Shown one piece after another: positions 1 through 14,700 of a stretch of DNA of 64,000 nt. The notes beneath the pieces are model-generated. The model searched no databases. It was not told the origin of the DNA and saw only the letters and a list, made by a program, of their open reading frames with translations. Position 1 is the first letter of the stretch; every line of letters begins with the position of its first letter. This DNA comes from Trichoplax adhaerens. Taxonomy: Eukaryota > Animalia > Placozoa. The stretch covers positions 1,049,562 to 1,113,561 of the forward strand of contig NW_002060946.1 in NCBI RefSeq assembly GCF_000150275.1. Direction: 5' to 3'. The translations under genes and the position numbers were made by a program.

Positions 1-339
1 TTTTTATTTTAACCATGATGGGATACTGTACTGCATGCCTGTATTATGAATCTTTTGTGATAGAGGATAGAAATCTGGTCACGACCGTAGTACGTATTTA
101 TTGTTGTTCACCAAATTGATCCGTGTATGCCTTTCGGCGAAAGTAATCGAAATACTCTATAGTTTACAGTATAGTGGTAAAATTATGCTAACAACTTTTA
201 AGCTCGTCGGAGTTGTAAGATTCGATACCGTTGATTAATGACATTGCCATTAATATGTAGTGTACTTCTTATTTAATGGAGTAAAACAATATATACTATA
301 CAGTGAAGTAGCCATCAAAAAGAAAGAAAAAAGAAAGTC

Positions 340-560
340 ATACAGTACAGTACATACCGTAACACAATACATATTGTCTGTATGCTGTACACTGTACAAT
401 GCGACAGCAATCTTCTAAGTCCTAATTACCATACAGTACCATGTAATGCATACAGTAGTCTCTTTTCGATTACAATTGCTAACACTATATCGGTAATAAA
501 AAGTCGCAATAACGACCGTATTGACTTTTAACCCTGTATCTACAGTACACTGTACTGTAG
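340..560. promoter_or_regulatory. Weaker TACAG/CTGTA cluster; possible promoter of a gene not identified in this window
   Basis: tacagtacagtac, ctgtacactgtac and tacagtacactgtactgtag carry the same motif seen at the identified promoters. Confidence 0.3.
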
Positions 561-3500
561 TCTAAGAAAGGGGAAAAAAAAAAAAAACTTTTTTCTTGGC
601 CATTATGGCGTACTGAAGTTGGCGTTTTTGCAGACAGGAATTTTTATACTTGTCTTTTATGAGCACTTTGCCAATCGTTAACAACGATAAACATTTCCCT
701 TTTTTTCTCTCCCTCTTTTGACTACAATAGCATAGAACGTGAAGTCACGGTAAAATACAACATTGCATCAGTACAACACATAGTATGGCGCTGTACAGGA
801 CTGCAATGTCTACTGAACAGTGTCATCAAAAAAACGAAACCATTGTAGCAGCTGTTCACTTTTTGACCAAACATCACAAAAGGTCGGAGATGAAAATCTT
901 TTCATTCGTAATTTCGACATCAGTGCTACACGCTGTTGGGTATAGACCTTAGTAAAGAATCAGTAATCATAATATTTCATTTCTTTTGGCTAATTGAAAC
1001 GGCACAGCCAACCTCAGTACTGTATACTCTCTTGAAAGAGTGCAAATTGTGCATGGTGCTGGATGTTGTTGACTAAAAATGAAAAATTCAATCCCTAGAT
1101 TTACGCTATGTGGTATAAGTAAGATCTCAAAGCTAACTTTTTAATGATGCGACTTAGTAAGCGAAACGTCGGTCAATACGATCCGTGTCATAGACTGGTT
1201 ACAGCGCTATGCTACGATATATAATCATAAATAAAAATGCTATTGCATACTTTTTACCATGCTTTTACTCCAGTTCTCTTCAACGACTCTGCATGACAAG
1301 TGTACGGTACTATGCTGTCGTGATACCATTTAAAGTCTATCATGGAAATTATTGTAATTGCTATTCTCGATGCCGGCCGGCCAAATTCGAAACCAAGTGT
1401 GCAACATATAGACGAGTATGCACAGCGAATTTGAATACTATTGCACCCTGATTGCAATGGATTTATACTGGTAATCAGGCCTCTAAAATAGACTGAATAA
1501 TCTGTACAACTCGTTATTAATTCAGAAATAAATATCAAGAATACTATGTGCTCTACTGTCAAGCAGAATACGCATACAACAGTATTACAACACTCAAAGC
1601 GCAATATCATTGCATGCGATATTAGCAAGCCAAAAATACAATAGTAGATAATTTATTAAAATTAAAATTAATAAAATAAATGAAGGATAAAATGTTGAAC
1701 ACCAGGTCTTAATTAATAGCAACAACTGGAGCAAGAACATATAGTGCGCGTGGATAACGATAGAACGGCAAGATGAAGTAAAGCTAAATCATTGAATTCT
1801 ATCTGGCCAAGAACAGCATTTACTGAATTATAATTACTTAATAATCACCAGTATTAAACACAAAACAACATACGCCTGTAGAAAGTTAGAGATTACATTA
1901 ATACAATTAACCAATTATTTATCTCTGGTTTTGATATTGCATCAAAATGAAGTACTATATGTAGCTGTTGTATTCAAAGAAAGAACATTAACGGTATATT
2001 GCTGCCGATAAACGTGATAATTGAAAAACAATCAGTTTGCTCTAAATTACTTTTGTTAAGAGGTGCCGATCTTAAACTGCTCAGTGACAGTAAAAGTGTG
2101 AAGTAGCTATAAAAATCCCATTAATTACATCTGTTAGGCTAGCTTGGCTGATAAAATAGTAACATTATAACTTGTAACTTCTAAGGAGTCACAGGAATCC
2201 ACTTATAAAGCTGCTCTCAAGAGACTGAATCGACTGCACTTACTAGCTGTAAACTATCACGTTGTTGATCAGCCTACAGATATATAATTATAATTTGAAA
2301 CTATTGAGTTCTTATTACATCATTTACATGTCCTTATTTCACCCCATATTTTATTTAGTTCAATACAACGCTCGTAATCTGAATGTATTTACACTAACCA
2401 TTATTACAATAAAATAATGGACTAAAGACATATTTTGACTGGCATTTGTAAAATACAAGGGATTATTCCTAGAATATTTGTACTGGTGTACTGGCTATCG
2501 TATACATGCATGCAGTACAATAGATTATAAAAAATTTTTTTTAACACACATTAACAATCGCCTAAGTACGTACAAATTATGTAGAATAAGAGATTTACAG
2601 TACTTCAAAAGAAGTCCAACTGCATTCTTTTGTTAGGATAAATAATAACGGACACTATAAAATCAACAGCAAATTGATAAAGTTTTGAAGTTGCTCGTAC
2701 ATTGTATGAAACTAGAAGTATAATTATGGATATACACTGTATAATGTATGTGAAACACAATTTATTAAACTTAGAACTTCCATCAACTGTAATTGAGCTA
2801 TCTAAGCGAATGACTATTTTTTCTCCGTTATGTTTGTCATTAATTAAAGTACCAGTACACGATACAGTATTTAGAAAAGATTGATCGAAAGAAGTACACT
2901 GGTGGACTATGAATTTTCTCAAAATCATTTACGATAAATCAAGCCTACTCCACAAAAATACTGAGTTCCTTAGACTAAATACGCTCTAATTTGCTATCAA
3001 AATATTATAAAGCTATAATCTTCATATCTTCGATCTCAAACTATATCCTTTACTAATTTTGTAATTTTAATATACGTCCTGCTCAGCTATAGCTGCTATA
3101 TAATTTTCGCAACTACGAGAGGAAATAATCTACTGATGTAATTGATGATTTACTTTATTACAATAATTAATTATTAACAAAATATGATATACATTTATGA
3201 GTGACTGAGTGTGAACCTTTGATGCCTAATGTGAAAATGTGTCGGACGGACCTCAAAAACTTTCCTAGATTTAGGTTACTGTTTAAGATAAAGTATTTAA
3301 TACAGTGTATACAATATCTCTGTTTAACTTGAGAAATCCATACTCGAACATGGATTTGTAAGAGCACTATGCGGAAAAAAGCTAAAATTTCAAGCGATCT
3401 CTATCATACGCTTAATAAAAGGACATGATTGCTATATTTTCAAATTTCTGGGCACAAAAAATTCTACAATAACCACCTCATTTCGTCATATTTATTAATA

Positions 3501-6500
3501 CAAAGCTGAATTTGTTAGTAGTATACACAAGTTTTACGAGAAGATCCAATGCTGACGGTAGTTAAACTTTAAAGGTTACGCGTATACCGTATCGAGTTGT
3601 AGAGCTTAAACACTGTTAGATATAAGCATATACCAAGACAGCATAGAGATAATACCACTAGTATAGCATCCTATTATTCATACTATCTGGTTCCAAGATT
3701 GTTGAAAAGCAATGTTGGTATATGATTGATTAACCATACTTATAGATCGTAATATTGAGATTGAATTATGACTAGATATTTTATATATACCTATAACAAG
3801 AGATGGTTGGAATATATCGTCCAAAGTATGATGATATTTTAATCTGCTACTTGATAGAAGTAAATATCTTGAATTACCGATTATTTATTTAAACTAATAG
3901 TATTTTCTTAAATTTATAGTATATCATATATTCACACTCGATTCTAAATACAAATAATAATATTTAATGAGTGAATAAATACTTCGTACATACATATCTG
4001 GTATCCCAATATCGAAATATTTTAAAATTATCAATTTTATGGTTATTACAATATGACAAAGGATGACCTAGAATAAAACAACAGCGTTGTATTGGATATG
4101 CAGTCCGCGATAGGTGTCAAATACAGATTAATTAAATTTTTTTATTAATGTAACATTTAACATTGTGTGGCGTGTAAGTTTGACGAATATGCAAAACAAC
4201 ACGGCAACTAAAACTTATTAACCAGATCTTAATTAAAATGGTCAGATATTTCGATAGCTTATTGTAACTATTTAGGTAGACATAGCAGCTTAATTGTTTA
4301 TAGTCAATCCAACGGTAGTTTAACATGCAGCATTAAAATATTGTTAAATGTGTTTACCCAAAAAGATAGTTTACAAGCATTGGCTTAATTAACGATGAGC
4401 AAGAACTGCGAGTCAAAATGTTATTAATTTAATTAAAGTAGTATGATATAAAACAAGAAGGATCCAATTCCTTTTCTATATGACTTTCCTTTACAACTAC
4501 AGTATTTGCAATGTTCGTTCTAAAGCTGTCAGATTTCAAGGCTGGAGTTTATCCTTACTTTGACTCGAAATTTTTCTTCAACTGATACTTATCCAAGCAT
4601 CATTGTGAAGCGCTATTTAACGATAAAGAATATTAAATTTCTTTTTTGAGCTTATTGAGTAGCATTAGTGGGTTTGGTTTAATATTTATTCTAAGTTTCT
4701 TGAGCGAACAAGCAGTATTTCATTTACATCTGCACTACATGCCATTATATGTAATGGCCATTCATAATCTGTAATTTACAGTATCTTTTCGCGGCGCGAA
4801 ATTTCGTATGCAGGCAGAATCAATAGAAAGGTAGATTTCATAATACATATATTAAAGTATAATTGTGCGAGGGCACTGTTACTGCAACTCTTTATGAATT
4901 ACTCATACTCACAATTATACAATCTACAGTCAGCAATGCACACAATGTAAGGGCTCTACTACAACATATTCGAAGCGCAGTATTGTATTAACTACTTTGA
5001 TCATTCACTATTACTTATTGTTTTCGTATAAGATAGGAATGATTATGCATATAGTGGAATAAACAAAGAGCCAATTAGGCCAGCGGCGCTACATATTTTA
5101 AAAGTTAAAATTCATTAGGAATTGTTGCTTTGTGTTAAGCTATTGTATGTCTGGCGTCTGGGCTAATTCATTGATATTATAATTTACTACCCCTCAGAAA
5201 ATACTTTAAATGCTCCTCCTTACCTATTATTGTACTGTCTCCGAAAAATCAATACAAATTTTCTTTAGGCGCCTCAGAAATCAGTTTATTTGAATTTCTT
5301 ATTTAGCACCGATTGGCATGATTTTTAATTACTCTATTAAATGATACTGTAGGAATTAAGAATTAGACAATACACAGTATGATAATACATCTTTAAATTT
5401 TATTAGTGAGATACTTTGTGTATATACATATGTTATATACTGTACAACTGATATGCAACAAAATATTAACATAGCGCAATCTGAGACTGCCTAATGATGC
5501 GCTTACCAGTATTAATTCGAAATTAACATCTCTTCAATTTAACTCGCCCACACATTGGGCGATGTGGTGTAAACTTTAGGTCTAATTAAATTGATTAAAC
5601 ATTTAATTACCTTATCACTACACAAACTGAGTAAGTACAATAATATCCTGCATTCTTTAAATGATGTTGTGATATCATTATGTGCATCAATTAATGCACA
5701 GTAGCTGCTAGTTAGGCGTGTAGTAAAATAAAAAATAAACAGGCAAATGAGAGTATTTTCTAAACTTTACGGTTACTTTTAACGCAATAATGACTTTAAA
5801 TCCCTAATGGCTAGAATATTGCAATGATCGTGGATAATAATCAAATTTTAAAAACCTTTGCACTCAAAATATTCTAAGAATTTTTATTGTGACTCATATA
5901 AGCATTAAGTGGAGGTAATTAGTCTCATGAATGGATGATTGATTGCCATCTTTTTTAAATCACTTCTCTGAAAGACATAGTAGATATGACCATGACGCGT
6001 ACACATTTCCTTTGACGTTATATGCATCCTTAAAGTTAAAATTTATACTACAGTGAGCAGTCTTAGGTCTGTTTAGCGTACAAGCGTGTGCCTGAGGTTA
6101 TAGTTGCCTTAGTGTAAAGCATATGCCTTACCGAGTTTTTTGAATCAATAACCAAATCTACGAGTGTATTAGTCTTTAACTGTAATACGAGAATCATATG
6201 CATGTTGGCCAAAATCATTTTTTGTTTAGCCACATTACGTAACGGTTAAATTTTGTCTGTACGTTCATGAATGCGAACGTAGGAATAGTACCCACAATTA
6301 GATAGTATAGTAATAAAAGAATGAATGATGACAAATACGCATTAAGACCCTCACACTGCTACCTCTACTTTTCTGCGTATATTGTCCATTCTTCGCCCTT
6401 ACGTACATATCACTATCCAGACTGCTACTTCATAAATGATCCTACATTATTACGTACATTGAATTAAACAACTGCTAATGCTGCAATTTCATCCACATTC

Positions 6501-8307
6501 CTATGTCATGATGCAAGAGTTACTTAAATGACATAAAGCCAGACAAAACAAGACTTATTTCTTATTTTCAAGCTAAGGTATTGAGAATCTAATCATGACG
6601 ATGTGGATTGTGTATTTAATTTACTTCCTTATATGATTGCGAGTAAATTATTTTGATTAGTACTACTTCCAGAAATCTATAAACTACCATGAGAATACCC
6701 CTTTAGCTGTATGGAATGCAAAAGAATCTATGCATAGCTACGCCATTATGATGCACTAATAGAATAGTCTATGTATAGTAGTATATCGCCTTGGTAGTGT
6801 GTTATTGCAATATTATATAACAATTTACATCTTCATAAATACTCGCACTAACGCACAGTTAGATGTGATTGATCTGTATTATTCTTGATTATATTTTACA
6901 GTATATTAAGAGTTACTTCTATGCATATCAAAGCTACTAATCATATGTTCTATGCAGTTCTTATTTTGCTATAATTAGTGTATATGCGGCTTTTCATTTA
7001 TATAGCCAAATTTTATTACGTACATGGAAGCAACGCTGAGTAGAGGTGTACAATCTTAGCTACGCAGCTTGAAAATATACCGCAAAACAAACTAAAAAAA
7101 GTAGTAAGGTAACACTAGATGCTCTGTAGAGCTTGCATTGATATCTATCGATTTGACTATTACGTGTAAGGTGTTAGATATTTGCAATAGCATTGTATAG
7201 AGCTTGGATATATTCTGTAGTACGTAAAGTACAGTTCGTAAGTGCATGGGATAAAATTTTTTCGAAATCTTTATGAATTAATTACAAGTGTTACGGTTGG
7301 CGAATGACTACGATATCGAACTATGATGAGAGATTCTAGTGAGGGCATAATCTGTAATATTACATTCCTGTTGCACTAAAATTTCGCTACAGTTAAATTA
7401 TTAAAGGTAAATAAAACAAAAACTTGATTTATGATTAGTCATAGAGTACTAAGTAATGTGTTTTCAAATCTCGGAAAGTACAGATAAGAGGACGTACAAA
7501 ATTATTGTTTTGATAGGATACCCATTTGGGCTATTTGCTTTTAATACAACTTTACAATAATACGTATATCCCAATAGATTATCTTGACTATTAGTAAGTT
7601 TCAGTAAGTTAAATTGTAGCCGACATTTAACATACGATATCGATTTCCAAAATTCGAACGACGAAAGTTGCATATATTTGTACAGTATAAAAGACATCGT
7701 GAAATCAGCTTCTAAGGAGTAATCTGTTTCCTATCATATGATATAAATATTTTATCGTCATCTGCATCGAATTTACTTACGCTACAGTGACTACAAATCG
7801 TCATATAAATAGTGGGTATGCTATTTTGAAAGCTTAGGTATATAATTTCATAGATTCGTATTAACAGATTCGAAGGATATGCATACCCATATAACTGTAA
7901 AAAAGTTAAGCGTTTTACCTAGACGAAATAAGATAGGACTGTAATATGCAATAGCGAATTACGGCAAAGTTGTCGCAGTAATTAGGCAATAAAGACATAA
8001 TATCCAAGCAAGATGCACTGATGAAGGTCACATCTCTAATGCAATTATAATAAATTAACAGTCGCATCACTTCGTGCACGTATATCATTATATTCATAAT
8101 ATTTCAAATTTAAAAGTACTACGAAACTGATAGTTTTTTGTTAATTAAAAACTTCAGACAACAGTTTTTATTTACTCTAAAATATAGACGTTATTATATT
8201 TACAGTAATTCTTAGAAGTATTTGTATAATATTTTATAGAAACTGTCTCATAGAATATTGTAGATTACAACGAAGGCGAGTATTCCGTTCGAATACTTAT
8301 AATTATG

Positions 8308-11046
8308 CTACATATGACCAACAAAGTTGTGGTATATGTTTTGCAATTCTTCCATACTAAACTGCTGTAGAACAACAAAAGTACTGACATGTTTACTTGT
8401 GCCATTTTGAGCACATTTTTTGCAATAAACTAAACAAGGTTTGTCTACGGTAACGAATAGAATATTAAAGACTTCACATTTACATTGGCAACAACACGGA
8501 GCAGGCTCATTTTCGCGATATTCGTGCCATTTAACTTTAGTATTGGAGGCCTCTAATTCAGCTAATGTCTCTTTACAATCTTGCATCGATCGAAGTAGGA
8601 TAGATTCGATATGCCCTTGTAAGACTTTCTCTTTGATCTTTATATTCTTTGCCAAATTCCAACTCAGTAATATCATCGGAACAATAGAGTGAAATCTTTC
8701 TATTTTATTACAATTGTATCGTTCCATTGCCCATTTGTATTGATTAGCTGTTATCGGGCCGACGTTCCAGGCGATGTTATTACACCATCCTAAAGATTGC
8801 ACCCAATGAACGGTACCGACATTAACAAAGACGATATCACCTGGTTTTTGAATAAATCTGTATAATGGAACATTTAGATCAAATATTTCTTCAGGAACTG
8901 GCCACCACGATCCAGTGAGAAAGTCTACTTTGTTTTTTTTACATAACTTTTCGATAGATCTCCAATTGTGAACGGGTACTCCAAACCATTCACAATCACC
9001 AGGTCCGACATTAATGTTGACAGAGCATAAATTATTGTTTTCTTGATGGCCAGGAGTACGGCATCCTGGTACTTTCATGTATAACTGGACTGAGTTCATA
9101 CCTAGAATTTCGTAACCGAGGTAGGTTAACATATTTTGACGTGATGCCACTTTAAGAAACTGGGGTAATTTGTCCATTTCTTTTAGTTGCATCTTCCATT
9201 TTTGTTGGTTTGATAGGTCAACATTTGTGCCAAATTTTACCATTTTATGTTGATTTAATTTTCTCCTCTTAGCTCCTCTGTTACTGCTTTGGCCAGAGTT
9301 GCTGCTACTATCGGAGTATGGTGATTCAGCTGATGATTCGTCATTTTGTAGCAATTCTCGTATCGAAGCAGCTTGATAGCGCGCATATTTAGCAATTGTA
9401 GTATAAGCCCGATTACTTTCACAAAGCCAAGTTCTTTTTCGATAACGTGAATCCCAATTTTCGTCTGACGTTTGTTGGCGTTGACTTCGTACCTCAATTT
9501 GATCATCGGCGCTATTATTTGCTAATGATCTCGATGAGAACAGATCAAGGTTCATGTCGACCGCTTTGGCCATGCCTCGAATAATAGTAATAGGATTCTC
9601 TGGTGAAAGACACCATTCCTCTAAATTATTCGAATAAGCTTCTTCGACGTTATCAATCTCAATTATAGGCGCGGCTAGTTGCAGTTTAGAGTAATTTGTA
9701 CGCAATAGATTATTGTAATTATTTTCTACATCGCTATCTATTGTTCTACTGGAAGAATTTAAAGTTTTTACAAATGTATTATCCTCCACATTAGCATCGA
9801 TAGAATTTGAACATATTGTATCTGATTTTACAAGATTGAAGCGCTTATCTAGAAATTCTGGAAGAGATTGAGGCTTTACGCTACTTTCATTGAAAAAATA
9901 ATCGAATTCAGGTAGTGAGTTTATACCTTGTATACTATTATCGATCTTTTCTAGTACATTAACGTAATCTATGGCCATATCTTTGACATCAGCATTGACT
10001 GTAGCCTTTTGATAGCATTTTATAGCATCCTCTACTTGCATAACCGACGAATAAAGGCATCCTAGATTAAGCCAAGTTTCTGCATGATTCCAGTTAATCT
10101 CAAGTGCACGTATATAACATTTGATTGCTTCATCATTTCTCTCCAGTTGGTGTTGTAAAACACCTAAACAACACCAGATTGTAGGATCAGTGGCATTGAT
10201 CTCTAATGACTTCTCATAGTATTTTAACGCTTTATCATTTTCATTGTTAGCAGCATGACATCGACCAAGCGGATAGTAAGCACGAGAGTTGTTTGGATCG
10301 TAGCTTATAGATTGTTGAAATGCGTCTATAGCTTTATACACATCTTTTTGCTGTCCATCATAGTAAAGCAAACCTAAGCTATAGCTCGCTGCTGCTTTAA
10401 TGGAAAGTTCGCAGTCATCGTCATCTAATAAAGATTGGAAAGTTTTTTCACAAGTTGTTGAGTTGTGCATTGCTTGATGACACAGTCCAATATGTAACCG
10501 AATGTCTCTATTTATACAAGCAGGTTCAGTATTAGCTAAAGCTTTATTGAGATGCTTCAATGCTGCATTATAATCTTCTTTAGATTGAAGTATTATTCCT
10601 AACATATAATGAAGATATCCAGCACGAAGAAAGCTGTCTCCATGGCATTTATAGACTTTGAGTAAATATCGTAGCGCTCTATCTAAAAAGCCCAGAGCAA
10701 AGGCACAAATACCCATGCCGAATATGATATCGATTTGCTCTAAAAAGACTTTATCGCTATCTATCAGTCGACGATATAAACGGATTGCTTTGGTATAGTT
10801 ACCAACTAACAGGTATAAATTGGCAAGCTGGTGAATTATTTTAACATCTTGCTGCTTCTGCAGATCTTGCTCGCAATACTTAATTGCATGGTTAATACGC
10901 TCGAGCAGTTGATTGCTACAATTGAGATTCGATTTTTGTACTGAAGGTTTACATAGATCAATTGTTTCAGTAGTTTTGTAATCCAAACTGGAATATTTTA
11001 ATAACTCGTCGTAAAAGCTTTTATCTCTTGCCTCGGCTTCATTCAT
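8308..11046 (-). CDS. KDM6A: H3K27 demethylase KDM6/UTX-like (TPR repeats, JmjC domain, C-terminal Zn-binding domain); single coding exon, about 912 aa from the first ATG at 11046
   Basis: Long ORF with N-terminal TPR repeats (e.g. WCCLGVLQHQLERNDEAIKCYIRAL). KDM6 JmjC signatures: VKFGTNVDLS, LGMNSVQLYMKVPGCRTPGHQENNNLCSVNINVGPGDCEWF (Fe ligands H-x-E) and GTVHWVQSLGWCNNIAWNVGP. C-terminal Cys cluster CCQCKCEVF...CKKCA. The ORF track starts at an upstream TTG (11064). A minus-strand AATAAA lies near 8167-8172. Confidence 0.95.
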   Translation of the reverse strand: MNEAEARDKSFYDELLKYSSLDYKTTETIDLCKPSVQKSNLNCSNQLLERINHAIKYCEQDLQKQQDVKIIHQLANLYLLVGNYTKAIRLYRRLIDSDKVFLEQIDIIFGMGICAFALGFLDRALRYLLKVYKCHGDSFLRAGYLHYMLGIILQSKEDYNAALKHLNKALANTEPACINRDIRLHIGLCHQAMHNSTTCEKTFQSLLDDDDCELSIKAAASYSLGLLYYDGQQKDVYKAIDAFQQSISYDPNNSRAYYPLGRCHAANNENDKALKYYEKSLEINATDPTIWCCLGVLQHQLERNDEAIKCYIRALEINWNHAETWLNLGCLYSSVMQVEDAIKCYQKATVNADVKDMAIDYVNVLEKIDNSIQGINSLPEFDYFFNESSVKPQSLPEFLDKRFNLVKSDTICSNSIDANVEDNTFVKTLNSSSRTIDSDVENNYNNLLRTNYSKLQLAAPIIEIDNVEEAYSNNLEEWCLSPENPITIIRGMAKAVDMNLDLFSSRSLANNSADDQIEVRSQRQQTSDENWDSRYRKRTWLCESNRAYTTIAKYARYQAASIRELLQNDESSAESPYSDSSSNSGQSSNRGAKRRKLNQHKMVKFGTNVDLSNQQKWKMQLKEMDKLPQFLKVASRQNMLTYLGYEILGMNSVQLYMKVPGCRTPGHQENNNLCSVNINVGPGDCEWFGVPVHNWRSIEKLCKKNKVDFLTGSWWPVPEEIFDLNVPLYRFIQKPGDIVFVNVGTVHWVQSLGWCNNIAWNVGPITANQYKWAMERYNCNKIERFHSIVPMILLSWNLAKNIKIKEKVLQGHIESILLRSMQDCKETLAELEASNTKVKWHEYRENEPAPCCCQCKCEVFNILFVTVDKPCLVYCKKCAQNGTSKHVSTFVVLQQFSMEELQNIYHNFVGHM

Positions 11047-11779
11047 TGCTTGGCGATAGGTCAAGAATTTACTGCTTCAAAGGTTGTAAGTATAATTATA
11101 AGCTGTACCGATAAAATTAGTTCTTCTGTCATAGGACAATGTAGTTTACCGTGAAAAATATAATATGAGTAAAGGTTGTAGTTAGAATATAAGGTTGCGG
11201 ACGGCCGTTGGCTAATTTCTTTTGAATTGAGCTTTTCTAGAGGCTTGCTTGCTTGGTCTATCTTTGTAAATAAATGATATAATATAGACGATCTACAATG
11301 ACCGGTTTGAAGTAGAGAAGGGTAGAAGCAAGATTAAAATCATTGCATTGAAAACGATATTGAGATTATGGCAGTATCACATTGATCAGCAGAAAAGCGA
11401 TATTGAATACAATGTGTAAAAATAAGTTTAAAATAGCAAATTGGCATGTACGCATTGACTAAAGTATCGATGTCGATATTATATTGTACAGTGTTGTGCA
11501 AAACCCTATTATTATCGACGAGGTGAAGACGTGTGCGTTAACTTGAGATAAATACGTGTAACTCTTACTTGCATCTTCAATTAAACTATGTCCTTCTTGA
11601 CTAGGACTACTCCCTGTTATTGACTGTAAGATAAAATCAATCCCATTTGCTACAGGTTATTAATCTTGATACCCTCTAGTAGATGCTGTAAGTTGTATAA
11701 CTACTGTAAACTAACTCCATTCTACGCGTATTATGTTTTTTTAGTCATTATTGATTTTGTTATTCCTTTTTATTGTGGT

Positions 11780-14700
11780 AGAGTACAGTACTGTCTCCTA
11801 CAGTATGCAGAGTAGATACTGTAAGTCCATTGTAGTGGTTAGTAGTGGCGTCGAGTTGACATTGCCAATAAGAACTGTACTGTACAGCACAATACTTTGT
11901 ACCTAGATGCTTGTTAAGCAGACATTAAGGCGAGGGATAAAGCAATCGTTATTATTATGCTAAGTACAGCAGTCTGGAGATAGACCGCCCATCATTACTG
12001 CCGATGTAAGGCAACTATGTCACACATTACTATGCAGCATTTGAATTCCGCAAGACATTTTGTGGCAGTCTATGCCGTGTAGTATACAGCAATTGACAAT
12101 TCTATCGAAAAAGTTCAGGCTGTTGTACGATAAGAACTGCCAGACTTGCTACCTCGATTTTGATGTTGTTTTTAAGTAGTTCATTCGTTATTCTAACAGT
12201 GCTCTACATGCTGTACTGTACAGTACAGTATGTTTATATACTGTCCAGTATACTGTACTCGTACAGAATACAGTACTGGACACTTGCAGAACAACGGTAC
12301 AATGTGCACATTGTACCGTACTGTATTGTACTGTACAGTCTGTACTGTACTGTACTGTACTTTCCGCAGATCAGGTCTAGTCCTTTTCTGTACAGTACAG
12401 AAGACGTATTGTACTGACTACAGTGCACAGTACAGTACTGTATTGTATCGTACGTACTGTACACTGTGGACCGTAGTTCGTTATTATCATACTTTTTACT
12501 GCAGAGGTAATGTAAAGCAAAGTAAGAAAAAAAAAGCTAGTAATCACTGATTCACTGCTCATTTGATCATTGATAATAAGAATGAGAATTAAATGGCATA
12601 GATGTAATTATAAGTGACCGTACCAGTTCCGGTGGTGGGAATCGATACAAGGTATTCTACTGTACTGTAGTACCGACGTACAGTACAGTACAGTATACTG
12701 TAGGTATCCAACATTTCTACAGTACAGTAGAAGTGGTTGTACAGTACAGTATAACTCTAGCGATTCGATACGTTTCGTTGACTTAGTACTGTACATTGTA
12801 CACTGTAGTACAGTACTGTACACTGTATAGTGTATAGTACTAAACCGGTGAGTGGAACAATCCTCGATTTACGTACACTAAGAATGGTTGTTGTTTAGCG
12901 AGAGTAAAACATTCGCATGCTATTTACTAGTACATCTTAACTGATAACGTCGTCGTGGTAAGAATATTACCTCGATACAGTTTGAATACATCAAAAACTG
13001 TTATACATTGAAGAAAAAAGGTTATGGTACTGAGCAAATGAGCATTAGGAAAACCAATCAGCGCGTACACCTATACTACTGTAGTGGATTGAAGCACTCA
13101 CTGTATGAGAATGATACAAAACAAGAATATTACTCTACTCCAAAGAAATAGCAACAAATTGGACTGCATAGATATGACGTTGATAGCATTTATCCTAATG
13201 ATGGTGTACATACACTTGTTAGGATCGGTACAAGCTTCACATCCAGTGTTGGTCATACGCGGCCAGTAGTCAGGATGAGTGATTACGTGAGTTCACTGAG
13301 AAATCAATGCGTAATAATGGTATAAACTGTAGCGCTCTGCCGTAGAGACAGTAGGATAAATCCAATAGATAGCGTACTAAAAACATTTACAAATACACGT
13401 ATATTCAGTTGTTAGTCGACTGCCATGGTATGGATTAATTACTAGCTATGGCGTTAATACCTGATCGATCGAACGATCCTAATAATTGACGACATGTACC
13501 TAAGTTAACTTAAAGTAATGTACGTGTTTTGGGTACTTTCATGACAATGAATGATTGTTCAGAGAGCCTGAGATGGACTATTGTCAGTTTACAATAAACA
13601 AATTGGATCAAGACTGAAAAGTAATATTCACTTATCGTAAGGCTATAGCATCTTACCTCAGTTCTGGGCGCTATTTTCAATTTATCTTGTTAAAATTCTG
13701 AATTTCAATCTTAGTCAAGAACAATTTTTAGTCTGGTCCCTCGTTACAGCTGACGTCCATCATAACATCTTTTAAAGTATGTAGGTGTCAAAAAGTGCAG
13801 CAGCGAATCATTAGCGACCCTAGTTTTAAAAGGCACACACACAGAAATGTACTGTACACTGTACAGTACATTTACTGTACACAAAAGTAAACAGTACAGT
13901 ACAGTACTGTAACAAAGTGTAACATACAGTATGCATACAGTACTGTTCAAAGAGTATGTAACACCTTAACACGCTTACCTTGTACTGTACAGTATCATGC
14001 TGTGTTGCATTATGTCTACAGTATGCGTATTTGCGTCCAGTACGTACTGTCAAACAACCAATGGCAACAATGGAAACATGTTCTAACAATGGAAGCGTAG
14101 GAAAAAAACACGAATATGGCTCTTTAGTCCATTGTGTTTCCAAGAACAATCAAAGAACTTGATGTTTTCTTCAAGTTATTTTTACCCTTTATTGCAATTA
14201 TAGTAACCAAACTGGATGACTAAACAATTATTCTTTTACACTGTACAGTAAGGTGAATAGTCAATGCTGGACTTCTTGGAAATGTCTGTCGATCTCCTAA
14301 TGATGCAGTATGGACGTGTAGTACGTACGCTACTATACAATATGTCCATTGTAAACAAGGAAGCATAGTAGTAGTAGCATACCGTGGTATTCATAGTCCA
14401 TCATGTCCATAGTTCAAAAAGGCTGTAGAGCACTGGGCTCTGGGGAATTCGTATAGTAGTCACTATTGTGCAGAAGAAGAACATTCGACTGTTTCCATAG
14501 TACAATCTACAGTATGAGGTGCTGTGATGTCTCTTAATAGAGATAAAAAAAAAAATTCGATGAATGTGATCTGTACGGAACGTCCGTTCTGTATAGCATC
14601 GAATGGCAAGGTTATTCTTCCTGTTATTAAAGTACAGTATCCAGTACTGTATGTATCTCCATGCAGCTTTCATAGTCAATCAATTGGGTAGTCCATGACT

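Noticed and set aside
1209-2928. ORFs 1254-1628, 1209-1451 and 2605-2928
   Set aside because: No recognisable motifs, and the lengths are compatible with chance.
8441-9506. ORFs overlapping KDM6 (8441-8692 plus, 9255-9506 minus)
   Set aside because: Shadow frames of the long CDS.
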